Below are positions 26,031 to 38,211 of a stretch of DNA of 64,000 bases, in pieces. The stretch covers positions 21,699,557 to 21,763,556 of the forward strand of contig NC_057719.1 of assembly GCF_004010195.1 (NCBI RefSeq), read 5' to 3'. The stretch's first letter is position 1. Every line of letters starts with the position of its first letter. Both the position numbers and the translations under genes were made by a program. Origin of the DNA: Chiloscyllium plagiosum (lineage: Eukaryota). Under the pieces are notes generated by a model that saw nothing but the letters and a program-made list of their open reading frames with translations, had not been told where the DNA came from and did no database searches.

Positions 26031-26149
26031 TTATTAGTCCTACCTTGTCCCTGCCTGCCCTGACTGACTCACTTCTGTTCTCAGCTGTACCAGTCTCAGA
26101 TGGATCTCTTCCCTCACTATCTCCCTGGGTCCCACCACCGCCCGACACC

Positions 26150-26968
26150 TTAATAGTTTCAATCCTCCTGAGGAGCTCTAGCAAATCTTCCTGCCAGTGT
26201 ATTCATCCCCTTCCAATTTAGGTGTAATCCATTCTTCTTTTCTACAGGTCACTTCTACCCCAAAATAGATTCCAATGGTCCAAAAATGTGGATCCTTCTC
26301 CCATACACCAGCTCCTCAGCCATACATTCATCTGCTCTATCCTTGTATTCCCTTCCTATGTTGTTGGTTCCAATATGGACAATGACCTTATGCTGGCCCC
26401 TCTCACCCTTGAGAACCTTCTGCACCCTCTCTGAGACATCCTTGATCCTGGCACCAGGGAAGCAACACGCCATTCTGATTTTTCGCTGCTGGCCACAGAG
26501 ATGTCTGTCTGTACCTCGGACTAGGGAGTCCCCTAACACAATTGATCTCTTGGAACCCAATGTACCCTTCATTGCGTTAGAGCCAGTCTCAATACCAGAA
26601 ACTTGTTCATGCTATGTTCACCTAAGAATCCATCGCACCCTAAATTTTCCAAATTAGCATACTTGTTTAAAATCTTTTTAGCCACAGAAGATTCCCGCAT
26701 TAGCTTCCTACCTCTCTTACCTCTCCTGGAGTTAACCCATCTCTGTGATTGTATCTGAGACTTTCCCCCCTTCCTATGACTGCCATCCATCACATACTGT
26801 TGCTGTTGAAAATTCCTCATCACTTCTAACTGTCTCTCCAACCGATCCATTTGATCTGATAAGATTCACCACAACAGTATTAATTGTAGATATAATCTGC
26901 AGCAACCCTTAAACTCTCTTTAAACTCCCACATCTGACAAGAAGCACATATCCTCTACTCAATGGCAT
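26150..26968 (-). pseudogene. CR1 ORF1 (coiled coil + SGNH/GDSL esterase), disrupted
   Basis: MDRLERQLEVMRN (coiled coil), IVLGDSLVRGTDR, CCFPGARIKDV and VHIGTNNIG; an esterase in CR1 ORF1 is established. Confidence 0.88.
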
Positions 26969-28974
26969 TTTTGCTCCTTCACAATCTACAGACCCAGAAA
27001 ATAATACCATCTTATTCCTCTATAAAACACTGCCCCAGGTTAAATTAATAGTTATGGCTTATATTTTATGTTTAATCAAGAGACATATCTCAAAAACATA
27101 TAATCAAGAAAGAGCCCATTCTACTCACTACTGCAGACTTTCTGTAGGGCACACTTAAAACAATATACTTATCTGCTTCTGTGCTGTGAACTTCGCCCAA
27201 ACAGTTCCTCCAAGATCAGTTGTGAATTTCACTGTTTGTTAAGTTTCCGAGACACACTCTGATGTCCAGCGTGACATGAATTCAAACAGCAAAGGCAGTA
27301 CTGTGCCAGTACACTGTGGTGTCAGTTTCTTTCTCCCTCTTTCCCCTGCACTGACCTCACCATGTGCTTCCTTTGTCTGTTCTTCCTTTTAAAACTGCTG
27401 TTGTTTTGACTTTTTTTTGTCCAAAGTTCCAAAACAATGCAACAGCATGTAAAACAGTAACTGCTGCTCCTGGAATTAGAGGAAATCACTTCCAGCACCT
27501 AAGATACCTCAAAAAAGGAGCATCTGTTACAGCCAGAAATTTTTCCCATCCTCCATCTTGGATTACCCAGCATCCAGTAATGCAGAGACTCGAACAAACA
27601 GCTCTGCCAACCATCCAACCCAAACATGGGTCCGCTATGTGGATAACACCTTTGACATCATTAAATGAAACAAATTAGAGGAAACCTTCAAGACCATTAA
27701 TTATACACTTGCTGGCATAAAATTTACTAAAGAGGAGGAAAACAACAACAAACTGCCATTCCTAGACATCACAGTATAGTGAACAGCCAATGAAGAACTT
27801 CAAACCAGCATCTATAGAAAATAACACATGCGTACAAAGTATTGAACTATACAAGCAATCACCCCAACACCCATAAATTAATCTGCATAAGAACATTATT
27901 TCAATGAGCCACCACTCACTGCAGCACAGATGAACTGTGCGAACAGAGAAAAATCACCTATATGGTGTCTTCAAAAATGGGTACCCAACGAAAACAGTCC
28001 ACTGATTTCTCAGCAATAAACCCAAACAAACAGACAAAATGTGCCAGAAACCTTAGCCACTCTCCCCCACATCAAAGAATCTTGGAAATGACTGCCAGAC
28101 TACTCAGACCCCTTGGCATCATGGTAGCCCACAAACCCACCAATACACTAAAACAGCAGCTAATGAACTTGAAAGACTCTGTACAGACAATGAGCAAAAC
28201 TAATGTCACTTACAAAATATCGTGCAAGAATGTAACAAACACTACATTGGACAAACAGACAGAAAATTAGCCACCAGGATACATAACATCAACTGACCAC
28301 AAAAATCATGACCCTCTCTCATTAGTATCCTTACATAAAGATAAGGAAGAATACCACTTCAATTGGGACAACACATCCATCCTAGGACTAGTCAAACAGA
28401 GACATGCATCAGAATTCCTAGAAGCATGGCATTCCAACCAGAACCCTATCAATGAACACATTGACTTGGACCCCATTTTCCACCCCCTGAGAAAAAGAAC
28501 GGGAAATAACATCACCATAGGAAATGACATCACCACTGGAAATGGCATCACCAACCCAAAGAAATCCAAACATTAAATAAAAAGCAGGAATCATCAGCAG
28601 TGTTTTGTCTGGAGGCTCAATGAAGATGTTACCTAGTATAGTGATAAAACGTCTGAAAATGAACCTTCCAGCTCAGTGTGCAAACCTACATCCAGAACTT
28701 CAACTTGAGCGACTAATCTTCTCAAAACTTGCTGTACACTACTGACTATAAAGAGCACCAGTTGGGAGAATTAAATCAGTGTGCACCAGACTACACTAGT
28801 CATTAAAAGACTGGGATAAGCATATGGACATGAGCACATGAACTAATTGGACTAGTCCTTCCATAATGAAATCAAAATATCAGAGTCTGGTATATGTCTG
28901 TTTAATATATATAGCTGTATTTAGTAATATTGTGTAGTAAATAATATTACTTATAAGTTTAAGGCTAAAGAAAG

Positions 28975-29350
28975 TTAGATTTTTAGATTAGATTAGATTT
29001 TTTTTTAGATTAGATTACAGTGTGGAAACAGGCCCTTCGGCCCAACAAGTCCACACCGACCCGCCGAAGCGAAACCCACCCCATACCCCTACATTTACCC
29101 CTTACCTAACACTACGGGCAATTTAGTATGGCCAATTCACCTGACCCTGCACATCTTTGGACTGTGGGAGGAAACCGGAGCACACGGAGGAAACCCACAC
29201 AGACACGGGGAGAACATGCAAACTCCACACAGTCAGTCGCCTGAGGCGGGAATTGAACACGGGTCTCTGGCGCTGTGAGGCAGCAGTGCTAACCACTGTG
29301 CCACCGTGCCGCCCACTACTGTGCCACCGTGCCGCCCACGGTGCCGCCCA
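28975..29350 (-). mobile_element. HE1-like SINE, young, with (TTAGA)n tail and reiterated 5' head
   Basis: Near-identical to 16306-16615; head repeated at 29295-29316, 29318-29339 and 29341-29350. Confidence 0.95.
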
Positions 29351-29989
29351 TGGTTCTTGACTTTGCCTCCTTCTTGACAAGTTTGTCTTGAACTAAAACT
29401 CATAGAGTGCCGCTAAACGATGTGCTAAAAGACCTCAGGCCCTTTTTTACCCCTTCCGATTGAGATAGTGGTTTGTTGGCCATAATAGATTCATTGATCA
29501 AAGCTTCCTAATGACTAACTCACACTCAATGAATCTATTTAATATTCTCTTTCATTATTTTCAATTAGTTTTACTTGTCTACTTTATAGCCAAACATATG
29601 GAAGGAATGCATAATTCCCAATTTCTCATGCTGCTTACTGTGATCACCCAAATAACTTGGTGTGTAAAAACATGCCAACATTTGGCTTTGTGTTATCCGA
29701 GATTGAAAATATGAACATTTTGTTTTTCCCTGAAATATCTCTAGTTGTAGTTTTATATGAATTTGAACGTCAGTATGAATTGGTTTCTAGTATGCATTGA
29801 ACAGAAGTGGAAATGTAAACTTTGAGATTAAACGAAGACAGTGTGGTTTGACACACACAGCCAGATTTTCAAGCACTCATGAGAAAATAATGAATTCAAG
29901 CTCATGTATTCCACTCAATCATGATAAAACACAGACCAAAGGTGTACAGTTTCATTGAATGTGATCTCAATGCAATTTCTTTGTTTAAA

Positions 29990-31030
29990 ATGGGGACAGA
30001 GAGAGAAAGCAGGAAACCTCAGACAAATTAGCTTAATAACTTCTTAGGGAAGATGTTAAAAGCTATTAGCAAGGATGTAATAGCCACACACTTCGAAAAG
30101 ATCAAGACAATCAGACAAAATCAACATTATTTTGTGAAAGGGAAATCATGTTTAACCAAATTATTGGAGTTTTTTAAAGCATGGATTCTGGGCTGTGGAT
30201 AAAGGAAAGTGAGTGGATGTGCTGCACAGTGATATCCAGAAGGCATTTGACAAGATGCCCATCAAATAGCTATTGCAAGAAATAAAAGCCTATCATGTAG
30301 TGGGAATATTTTGAATAAACGTTTGTCTAGCTAATACAAAATAGAGAGTAGGCATAAGTGGGTCATTTTGTGGTTGAGTGATGTACTGCAATGATGAGTG
30401 CTTGTCTCTAACTTCCTCAATTTATATAGATGACTTAGATAAAGGGACTGAAGGAATGGTTGCTAAATTTGCAGAAGACACAAAGATAGGTAGAACAATA
30501 AGTTTTGTAAAGGACTAAAGGAAGCCATAAATAGATAGATACATTGAATGACTGGGCACAGATTCCAGCAAATGGGGTTTAATAAGTTAGTGTCCAATTG
30601 TTCCATTTTGCAACAAAGTTTAAAAAAAGCACATTATTGAAATAATGAGTGATTGAAGTGTAATGCAAAGCAGAGGGATCTGATTGTTCTCATGCATAAA
30701 TTACAAAAACAAAGGCTGGTACAGCCAGTAACTCAAGAAATTAAAAGAATGTTAACATTTACTGTGAATGGAATTGAATACCTAAGCTAGCTTTCAGTTA
30801 TACAGGTACTGGTGAGACCACACCTGGGAATTTGGCACTTTTTTCCTCAAAAAGCAGTGAAAACAAAGTTTTTATTACTTTTAAATTAGAAATAGATAGA
30901 TTCTTGATGGACAAGGGGGTGAAAAGTTATTGGGAATAGACAGGAATATGGAGTAAGCAGATTAGATCTTATTGAATGGTGGGGCAGGAGTATGTTACTT
31001 CTGCTCCTGAATTGCATGTTTCCATGATGT
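29990..31030 (+). mobile_element. Old CR1 RT to 3' relic
   Basis: Residual QHYFVKGKSCLTKLLEFF, DIQKAFDK, VAKFAEDTKIG and LVRPHL; tail TACTTCTGCTCCTG. Confidence 0.8.
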
Positions 31031-33845
31031 TTATATACAAATCAGACCCACGACTTTCACCTTTTATCTATGCTGTTTTACAAGGTCAATTGCACTTTTA
31101 GTGTTATGATTGATAATTTTCTCTTGACTTCTGAGAAGTTCATACTCAAAATCACTGTCTCGTGAGTTTTGTTTGAAGACATAATTTGGTAGACTTGTAG
31201 CCAAATTTCCTGCCCCTGAATTTGGAAACATGTGGAGTATAACTCCCATCTAGACATTTTAAGAATCACATCATGCAGTCGATAGCATGTTAAGAGAAAT
31301 TGGATAATCCAGTTCATTCTAGCGCCAACACATAGATGGAGAAGACAAAAATTATAGTACCCTGCAAGAACACATTCAGGAATAAATCTCAGGAGGAAAT
31401 AACAAGATACTCAGTAAGAAACATTCAGAATCAATACTCACAACGCTGTTGTTAAAACATGGATCCTTCTAGTCTTCTTTCCAGACTCTTTCTACTGGTA
31501 CAAGACTGTATGGTAGCCTTAAATACATTACAATGAAATTTTCAGTGCATTACAAGCAACGTCTACAATATAGCCTAGTCATTGCCAGTTGTTCTGTGTG
31601 CTCTGTAACTAACAGTCTCCGCCAATGCACTGAGTAAAACTATACCCTGAGATCCATTTGTTCTGTGATGATTAGTATTGCTTCAATATTCTGCTGCTAC
31701 AATGTCAACATTGTCAAGCAGTAAATGTGTTAAATTTGTCTTTTGAAATGCAGGAATGATTCCTAGATTGAGTGCTCAGCATGCATATTGATTGGCAAAT
31801 CATGAGTTTGCATTATTCGAAATAAGCTGAAAAAGGAGTGTGTGCCCACTTCTCCAGTTCCTGAGCAACATTTCATGCAATCCTTATCAAGAATGTCCAG
31901 TCAGGGAATTAGCCATCAGATGTTCGGTAAATACTCTTTCATGCCGTATCTAAGGCAACAGGACATTATAATGATGCAACATTGAACATGGCGGGGCTAG
32001 TGATAACTTACACCTTTTCATATTCAGTGGATATGCTGGTGAACAAGATAATAGCTATGTAGTTGTATCTCATTTGCCATAGCATGCTTCAGCTTAAAAC
32101 ATTACTGCATTGCATTACAGCAGCAGATGCAACCAATACATAAGAATATATACAGTCTCGCTAACCAATTCACAACATTGGAATACTTTTATTTTTATAC
32201 ATTTCTGTCTAATTTTCCGACCTGAATTCTTATTGTTCCCAATTTCAATTCTTCAAAAATCTGACTATAATAAAATTATTTTACATATCATTTATCAAAA
32301 GCTTATCACATGATATCAGCATTTCCCCTCATCATGCTGTATTTCATGCAACACAGATCCATCATCTGTTTTTTTGAAATCAATAGCTATTATTTCTCTG
32401 CTATTTTCACATGTTCCTATGCACTTCTATTATCTGTCACAGAACTGCAAGTCAAGATTGTTTCAAATTAAGCTAATTGCTGTATCTAGAATGAAGAACA
32501 AGTTCTCGTTTCACTAACTATAAGGTTACAATTGCTATTCTCTGCATTGACAATCCTTTGAGAGCTAAAATTGGCCCAAAGTTCATTGCGAAGTCTTTTT
32601 CTTCCAAATGCTGCTGCTGTGGCAAGGTGCTTTATTTTCCACATCCAATATGAAGGCTAGATTACAACAGAAATTTCAAACATCTTTTAAATCCTTGTAT
32701 CATATCTCCTGCCTTTAACCTACATTATTCAAAAAATAATTGTTTCACTACTCAAAGTCTATCCTCGGAAATCTGGATGAGTGCCCAGGAATCAGCAGAG
32801 CCAGTCTGAACCGAACTGAAAATAAAAAATGGTGCCTTGATCAAGATCGAGGTCATGGTGCTAAAAATTGATTGTGGCTCATTTTTGGGCGTTTAGGTCA
32901 CAGTCCGTAGCCTACTGGCGCTCATTATCTTTGAGGGAGGCTGCAAAACAATTTGACATTGCTGTCTATTGTGGTATTAGATTAAGCAGGGCCCATACAG
33001 ACTGAGCAGAGGGGCAAAGCAAATCACACTGATAGCGTATAATTCAGTCGAACAGCTCCACGTGGAGACACCCCATCTCACCTCAAAGAGATAGGTTGCT
33101 CTTCATTGGTGGCTTCCCTGTTATTGAAATCACCTGAGTTTATGGACTGATGGACAAAAGTAGAGGGTTTTTAGATTCATATATAAGACATTGGGAGAGA
33201 TATTGGAGGAGCTGAATAGGAGGAAAGAGATGGGCTTTTTGTTGGGGTTCTGGCAGGGCAGAGTGAGATCAGCAGGCCCTGAAGGACTACCCTTGACAGG
33301 AATGGCGATGGGTAGCCAGGCCGCAGGTAGCAAGCAACCTAGTTCCACTGATACTTCAGCAATTCCATGGGAAGATTGATTTCATTTTATCATGAATGGT
33401 CTATGTCAATGAATGCATTGTTGCTTGGCGTCTCCTACATCATCCGAACACAGTGCAACAGAATCACTTGTATTCTGCTGTTTCTCTTGCTGGACAAGAT
33501 AACACACAATGGATCAGGGCAGAGCCAATGGAGGACAAGGACGCCCACATCCTCCGAGCATGAAGGAGGAGTTGGTTGCTCGTGTCATGGGGCAGCCCAT
33601 GATAGCACTCCACCGTTAGAGAGATCATTGAGGGTGCCAGCTTGTTCCTGCCTTCTGTTCCACCTCAAATCATGGCATACCCTCAATCTGCAATCTCACA
33701 TGATAAGCTAGCTACTGCTGGTGTGATCATGGATTGTCAGACCATAAAACATAGGGACAGAAGAAAGCCATTCAGCCCATCCATTCAATGAGATCATGGT
33801 CGATCAGATAATTTTCAAGTCTATTTTCTTGCCTTTTCCCTATAA

Positions 33846-34068
33846 GTTGAAACTTTATTGCTGGAACAGCACAGCAGGTCAGGCAGCATCCAGGGAACAG
33901 GAGATTCAACGTTTCGGGCACAGGCCCTTCTTTTCCTGAAGAAGGGCCTGTGCCCGAAACGTCGAATCTCCTGTTCCCTGGATGCTGCCTGACCTGCTGT
34001 GCTGTTCCAGCAATAAAGTTTCAACTTTGATCTCCAGCATCTGCAGACCTCACTTTCTCCTCGAAGAT
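33846..34068. mobile_element. PLE family A near-perfect palindrome, very young
   Basis: Arms 33844-33932 and 33939-34027 differ at one position by eye, 6-nt spacer; 12-bp TSD TTTTCCCTATAA at 33834-33845 and 34069-34080. Confidence 0.93.
33933..33966 (+). ncRNA. Minimal hammerhead ribozyme motif, intact
   Basis: TTC-CTGAAGA-A-GGGC-CTGT-GCCC-GAAA-C-GTC-GAA: helix I TTC/GAA, helix II GGGC/GCCC, GUC triplet. Confidence 0.85.
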
Positions 34069-34367
34069 TTTTCCCTATAACCCTTGGTTCCCTTATTGAC
34101 TAAAAATCTATCTCAGCACTGAATATGCTTGACAGCCAAGCTTCTCCAGCTCTCTGGAGTAAAGAATTCCACAGATTTACTACTCCCGAGAAATTAAATT
34201 CCCTCTCGTCTCTGTCTTAAATGTGCAGCCCCTTATTCTGTGACTAGACCCTTGGTCCTAGCGTCTCCCAAAACTAAAAATGCCTTTCTGTATCTATACT
34301 GTCATGTCCCCTGATAATCTTACATATTTCAATAAGATCGATTCTCACTCTTCTAAACTGCATCATT

Positions 34368-34471
34368 GACCACATTCCTAATGAAGGGCTTATGCCTGAA
34401 AAGTTGATTCTCTTGCTCCTTGGAAAAGCTGCCCGCCCTGCTGTGCTGCTTTTCCAGCGTCACAGTTTTCG
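34368..34471 (+). mobile_element. PLE family A fragment, decayed hammerhead
   Basis: CATTCCTAATGAAGGGCTTATGCCTGAAAAGTTGATTCTC...CTTTTCCAGC. Confidence 0.75.
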
Positions 34472-34927
34472 ACTGCAATGAATTCAAGAACCACCTACTC
34501 AACTTCTCCTCACAAAACAGTCCCTCCCTATCTGGGATCAGTGCTTTCTCTCGACTGCCTCAATTACCAGTCATCTTTCCTTGGATAAAGGGGCCAATAC
34601 ACTTCACAGTGTCCAGAAATGGTCTGTCTTAATATAGTTTTACCAAGATTTTTCTATTTTTATACTCCATTGCACCTGAAATAAAAACCAACATTTCATT
34701 TACAACCTCAATTACATACTGAATTTGTATACTAACTTTTTGTGATTCGTGCACAAGAACTCCCAAATCCCTCTGTGTAGTAGATTTCTGCAGTTGTCCT
34801 CTATTTTTATTATATTCAGCTTTGCTATTTCACTCTGTCAAAATGCCAAACCCTCACATTATAGTCCACATGCCAAGCTTTTGCCCGCTCAATTAACCTG
34901 TTAGTGTTTCTCTGCAGACTCTTTGTG

Positions 34928-35210
34928 TCATAGAATTGTTACAGTGTGGAAGCAGGCATTTTGGCCCATCCAGTCCACACTAACCCTCCAAAGAGCATTC
35001 TATCCAGACCCACCCCAATGTCCCTGCTTTTTCACAAGGTCAATCCTCCTAACTTGTACATCTCTGGACTGTTGGAGAAAACTGGAGAACCCAAAGGAAA
35101 CCCACACAGATACGGAGATAATGTGCAAACTCCACACAGACAGTCAGCCAAGAGTGGAATTGAACCTGAGTCCCTGGTGCTGTGAGGCAGCAGTGCTGAC
35201 TGTGCTTTCC
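34928..35210 (-). mobile_element. HE1-like SINE, older
   Basis: GTGCAAACTCCACACAGACAGTC...GTGAGGCAGCAGTGCT, colinear with the other copies. Confidence 0.85.
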
Positions 35211-35781
35211 CATCGTTACTACTTGACTGGCCAGCTATTTTTGAGTCATTCGCAAACCTGTCTATAGTATATTCACTTTCCTGATCAAAGTCATTCACAT
35301 ACATATTGTAAGTAACTGTGATCCTGTGGCACTACTGAATATGGTGTCCTAGTCCCAACTCTCTGACTTCCATTAATTAAACAGTTCTCTATCCTTTCTG
35401 ATATAATATCTCCAACACCATGGGCTCTGCGCTTATTAAGTGAGCTAACATGTGTTACCCTCTCAAATGCCTTCTGAAAATCCAAAAATATTGTATGCAC
35501 TGTTTTCCTTTTATCTATGCTGATTGTTACCTCCTCAAAGAATTCTAATATGTTTATCAGATGTGATCTCTCTTTTGTGAAGTCATGCTAACAATGCTTG
35601 ATCAGATTACATATTTCTCAATGCTCTTATATTACATTCTTTATAGTATACAGTAGCATTTCTCCAATAACAGATCTTAAGCTAATTTTTTTATTTCTCC
35701 ATCTCTTTTCAAATAAAGTTATTTGACAGTTGATAGTGACAATTTTCCAATCCTTTGAAACCTTCCCAGAATCTAAGGATT

Positions 35782-36820
35782 AGAGTTATAGAATCATAGA
35801 GATGTACAGTATGGAAACAGACCCTTCAGTCCAACCCATCCATGCCGACCAGATATCCCAACCCAATCTAGTCCCACCTGCCAGCACCCGGCCCTTATCC
35901 CTCCAAACCCCTCGTATTCATTTAAGAAGCATTTGAAGCTTCTTAAATGTTGCAATTGTACCAGCCTCCACCACATCCTCTGGCAGCTCATTCCATACAC
36001 GTACCACCCTCTGCATGAGAAAGTTGCCCTTTAGGTCTCTTTTATNNNNNNNNNNNNNNNNNNNNNNNNNNNNNNNNNNNNNNNNNNNNNNNNNNNNNNN
36101 NNNNNNNNNNNNNNNNNNNNNNNNNNNNNNNNNNNNNNNNNNNNNNNNNNNNNNNNNNNNNNNNNNNNNNNNNNNNNNNNNNNNNNNNNNNNNNNNNNNN
36201 NNNNNNNNNNNNNNNNNNNNNNNNNNNNNNNNNNNNNNNNNNNNNNNNNNNNNNNNNNNNNNNNNNNNNNNNNNNNNNNNNNNNNNNNNNNNNNNNNNNN
36301 NNNNNNNNNNNNNNNNNNNNNNNNNNNNNNNNNNNNNNNNNNNNNNNNNNNNNNNNNNNNNNNNNNNNNNNNNNNNNNNNNNNNNNNNNNNNNNNNNNNN
36401 NNNNNNNNNNNNNNNNNNNNNNNNNNNNNNNNNNNNNNNNNNNNNNNNNNNNNNNNNNNNNNNNNNNNNNNNNNNNNNNNNNNNNNNNNNNNNNNNNNNN
36501 NNNNNNNNNNNNNNNNNNNNNNNNNNNNNNNNNNNNNNNNNNNNATCCAAATCATTTATGTAAATGACAAAAAGTAGAGGACACAGCACCGATCCTTGTG
36601 GCACTCCACTGGTCACAGGCCTCCAGTCTGAAAAACAACCCTCCACCACCACCCTCTGTCTTCTACCTTTGAGCCAGTTCTGTATCCAAATGGCTAGTTC
36701 TCTTTGTACTCCATGAGATCTAACTTTGCTAACCAGTCTCCCATGGGAAACTTGTCGAACGCCTTACTGAAGTCCATATGGATTACATCTACCGGTCTGA
36801 TCTCATCAATCTTCTTTGTT
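35782..36820 (-). mobile_element. Young 5'-truncated CR1 spanning a gap
   Basis: [22 protein letters not shown] before the gap and QRVVRVWNELPEDVVEAG after it. Confidence 0.9.
36046..36544. other. Assembly gap (N run)
   Basis: Run of Ns. Confidence 0.99.
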
Positions 36821-37379
36821 ATTCTTGGAAGATTATACCTTCTTTTAATATCCTAGGATGCGCTCCATCAGGCCTGTGGGACTTATCAGTCTTTAGCCCC
36901 GTTTTGTTTCTCTCGTGATAATTATTGTATTTATTTTCTCTCCTCTTTTTTCCCCTTAATTATGAGCAGTTTTGGAATGTTCTTAGAACTGCAATGAAAA
37001 GTATTTTTTTAACTTCTTTGCCATTTCCTGCTTCCCTGTTATTGCCCCAGACTCATTTTCTCAGGGGCTTATGGTCGCTTTGTCTTCCTTTTTATATAAT
37101 GTAAAGTAGCTTTTGCTGTCTATCTTGGTATTACTCATAAGTTTACTCACAAATTTGATCTTCTCCCTCTTTTCTTTTGATTTTGAAAAACTTTGCCAGG
37201 GTTGCTGGCTTATCATTGCCACATTGAATGCTTTTTCTTTCAATCTGCTGTGATCCAAAAACTTTCGTAGTGAACCATGTTGGCTTATCCACTTCATAGA
37301 ATCCTTCTTTCTCATTGGAATACTGTTTTGCTTTGAGCCGTTAACTATTTTCATAAATGTCTAACATTCTTCCATAAGG

Positions 37380-37762
37380 ATATTACCACCACTGGAGGGT
37401 TTGAGTTATAGGGAGAGGCAGAATAGGCTGAGACTATTTTCCCTGGCACATTGGAAGCTGAGGAGTGACCTTACAGAGGTTTTTAAAATCATGATAGGTA
37501 TAGCTGGGGAGAATTGCCAAGGTCTTTTTCCCAAGATGGGGAAATCCCAGTCTCTGGTTCATTTTTGGAATGAACTGCCGGAGGAAATGGTGGAGGCTGG
37601 TACAATTACAACATTGAAAAGGCAACTGGATTGTTACATGAATAGGAAGAGTTCAGAGGGATATGTACCAAATGCTGACAAATGGGGCTAGATTAATTTA
37701 GGATATCTGGTTGGCATGGATGATTTAAACTTGTTTCATGCTATTTAACTCTGTAACTCTAT
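37380..37762 (+). mobile_element. CR1 3' fragment with internal deletion
   Basis: ORF 37401..37691 SYRERQNRLRLFSL...WNELPEEMVEAG. Confidence 0.85.
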
Positions 37763-38211
37763 AAATGTCTTTATTGCTAAACTCCTTTCCCAGTTCATTC
37801 TCATTAGCTCTGACCTCATTTCTTTGAAGTTGCCTGATTTAAATTATTTATTAGCACATTTGTTTCTGATCTAAGTTCCTCCCTCTCAAACTGAATGCTA
37901 GATTCTGCCATATTATGGTCTCTTGCTTTCTATCCTTTTCTCATTTTCCCTTGCCTCAACATTCCTTTCTGAATACTCTCTGCCAAATCCAGCTTCTCGC
38001 AACAGTCAAAACTTTTCCCAGTACTTACAAGGATATTACAAACCACATGCTGTTTTGGTGCTTATGGTCCTTCCAGCAAGTCTAGTGGTGGTTTCCTTTT
38101 GCAGCTGTAAATGCGTGCTTGTAAGGGACAAATGAATATAATGAGTGGACTGCATTGCTGAACTTTGTAAATAATGTTTCAGATCCATTAGTATGCCTGC
38201 TTGCCATTATA

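Larger units (their letters stand above)
23564..27574 (-). mobile_element. Apparently full-length CR1 (HER1-like) LINE with 5' UTR, ORF1, ORF2 and 3' tail; decayed, contains a gap
   Basis: ORF1 esterase and ORF2 APE/RT motifs in order; about 600-bp 5' UTR starting GATGCTGGGTAATCCAAGATGG; flanked by CAGTA (23559-23563 and 27575-27579). Confidence 0.93.
23295..28730 (+). mobile_element. PLE family C (Penelope/Poseidon-type RT + GIY-YIG endonuclease + terminal repeat), 5'-truncated and split by a CR1
   Basis: VSFDVTALFTSI...LCLTTHFTFNNKTY...SPISEFLAETV (23295-23563) continues as VMQRLEQTALPTIQPK / VRYVDNT from 27575. Then LPFLDI, NHPNTHK, NVTYKISCK and HYIGQT; decayed hammerhead at about 28617-28656. 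15-bp TSD GCTGTACACT(G/A)CTGA at 23280-23294 and 28731-28745. Confidence 0.92.
33740..37930 (-). mobile_element. Old CR1 LINE fragmented by at least five younger insertions
   Basis: Tail ACCATAAAACATAGGGACAGAAGAAAGCCATTCAGCCC at 33741; RFANDSKIAG, FLDFQKAFERV (ORF 35291..35500) and KREKIKFVSKLMSNTKIDSKSYF (37061..37354); resumes at about 36825 and 37765. Confidence 0.8.

Noticed and set aside
26150..26968. Host or horizontally acquired GDSL esterase gene
   Set aside because: It is CR1 ORF1, directly upstream of ORF2 in both long copies and disrupted in both.
29295..29350. CRISPR-like or satellite array (also 12210-12260 and 61573-61650)
   Set aside because: Only 2-3 adjacent units with no unique spacers, in eukaryotic repeat context.
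21943..34068. Palindromes as MITEs or miRNA genes
   Set aside because: Arms are asymmetric, TSD lengths vary, and the same sequence occurs as single arms and next to GIY-YIG coding. That fits PLE retrotransposition, not cut-and-paste TIRs or a dedicated miRNA locus.
35918..36652. Long ORFs spanning N runs (also 23841-24228, 52023-52518, 63515-63887)
   Set aside because: Their length is an artefact of assembly gaps.
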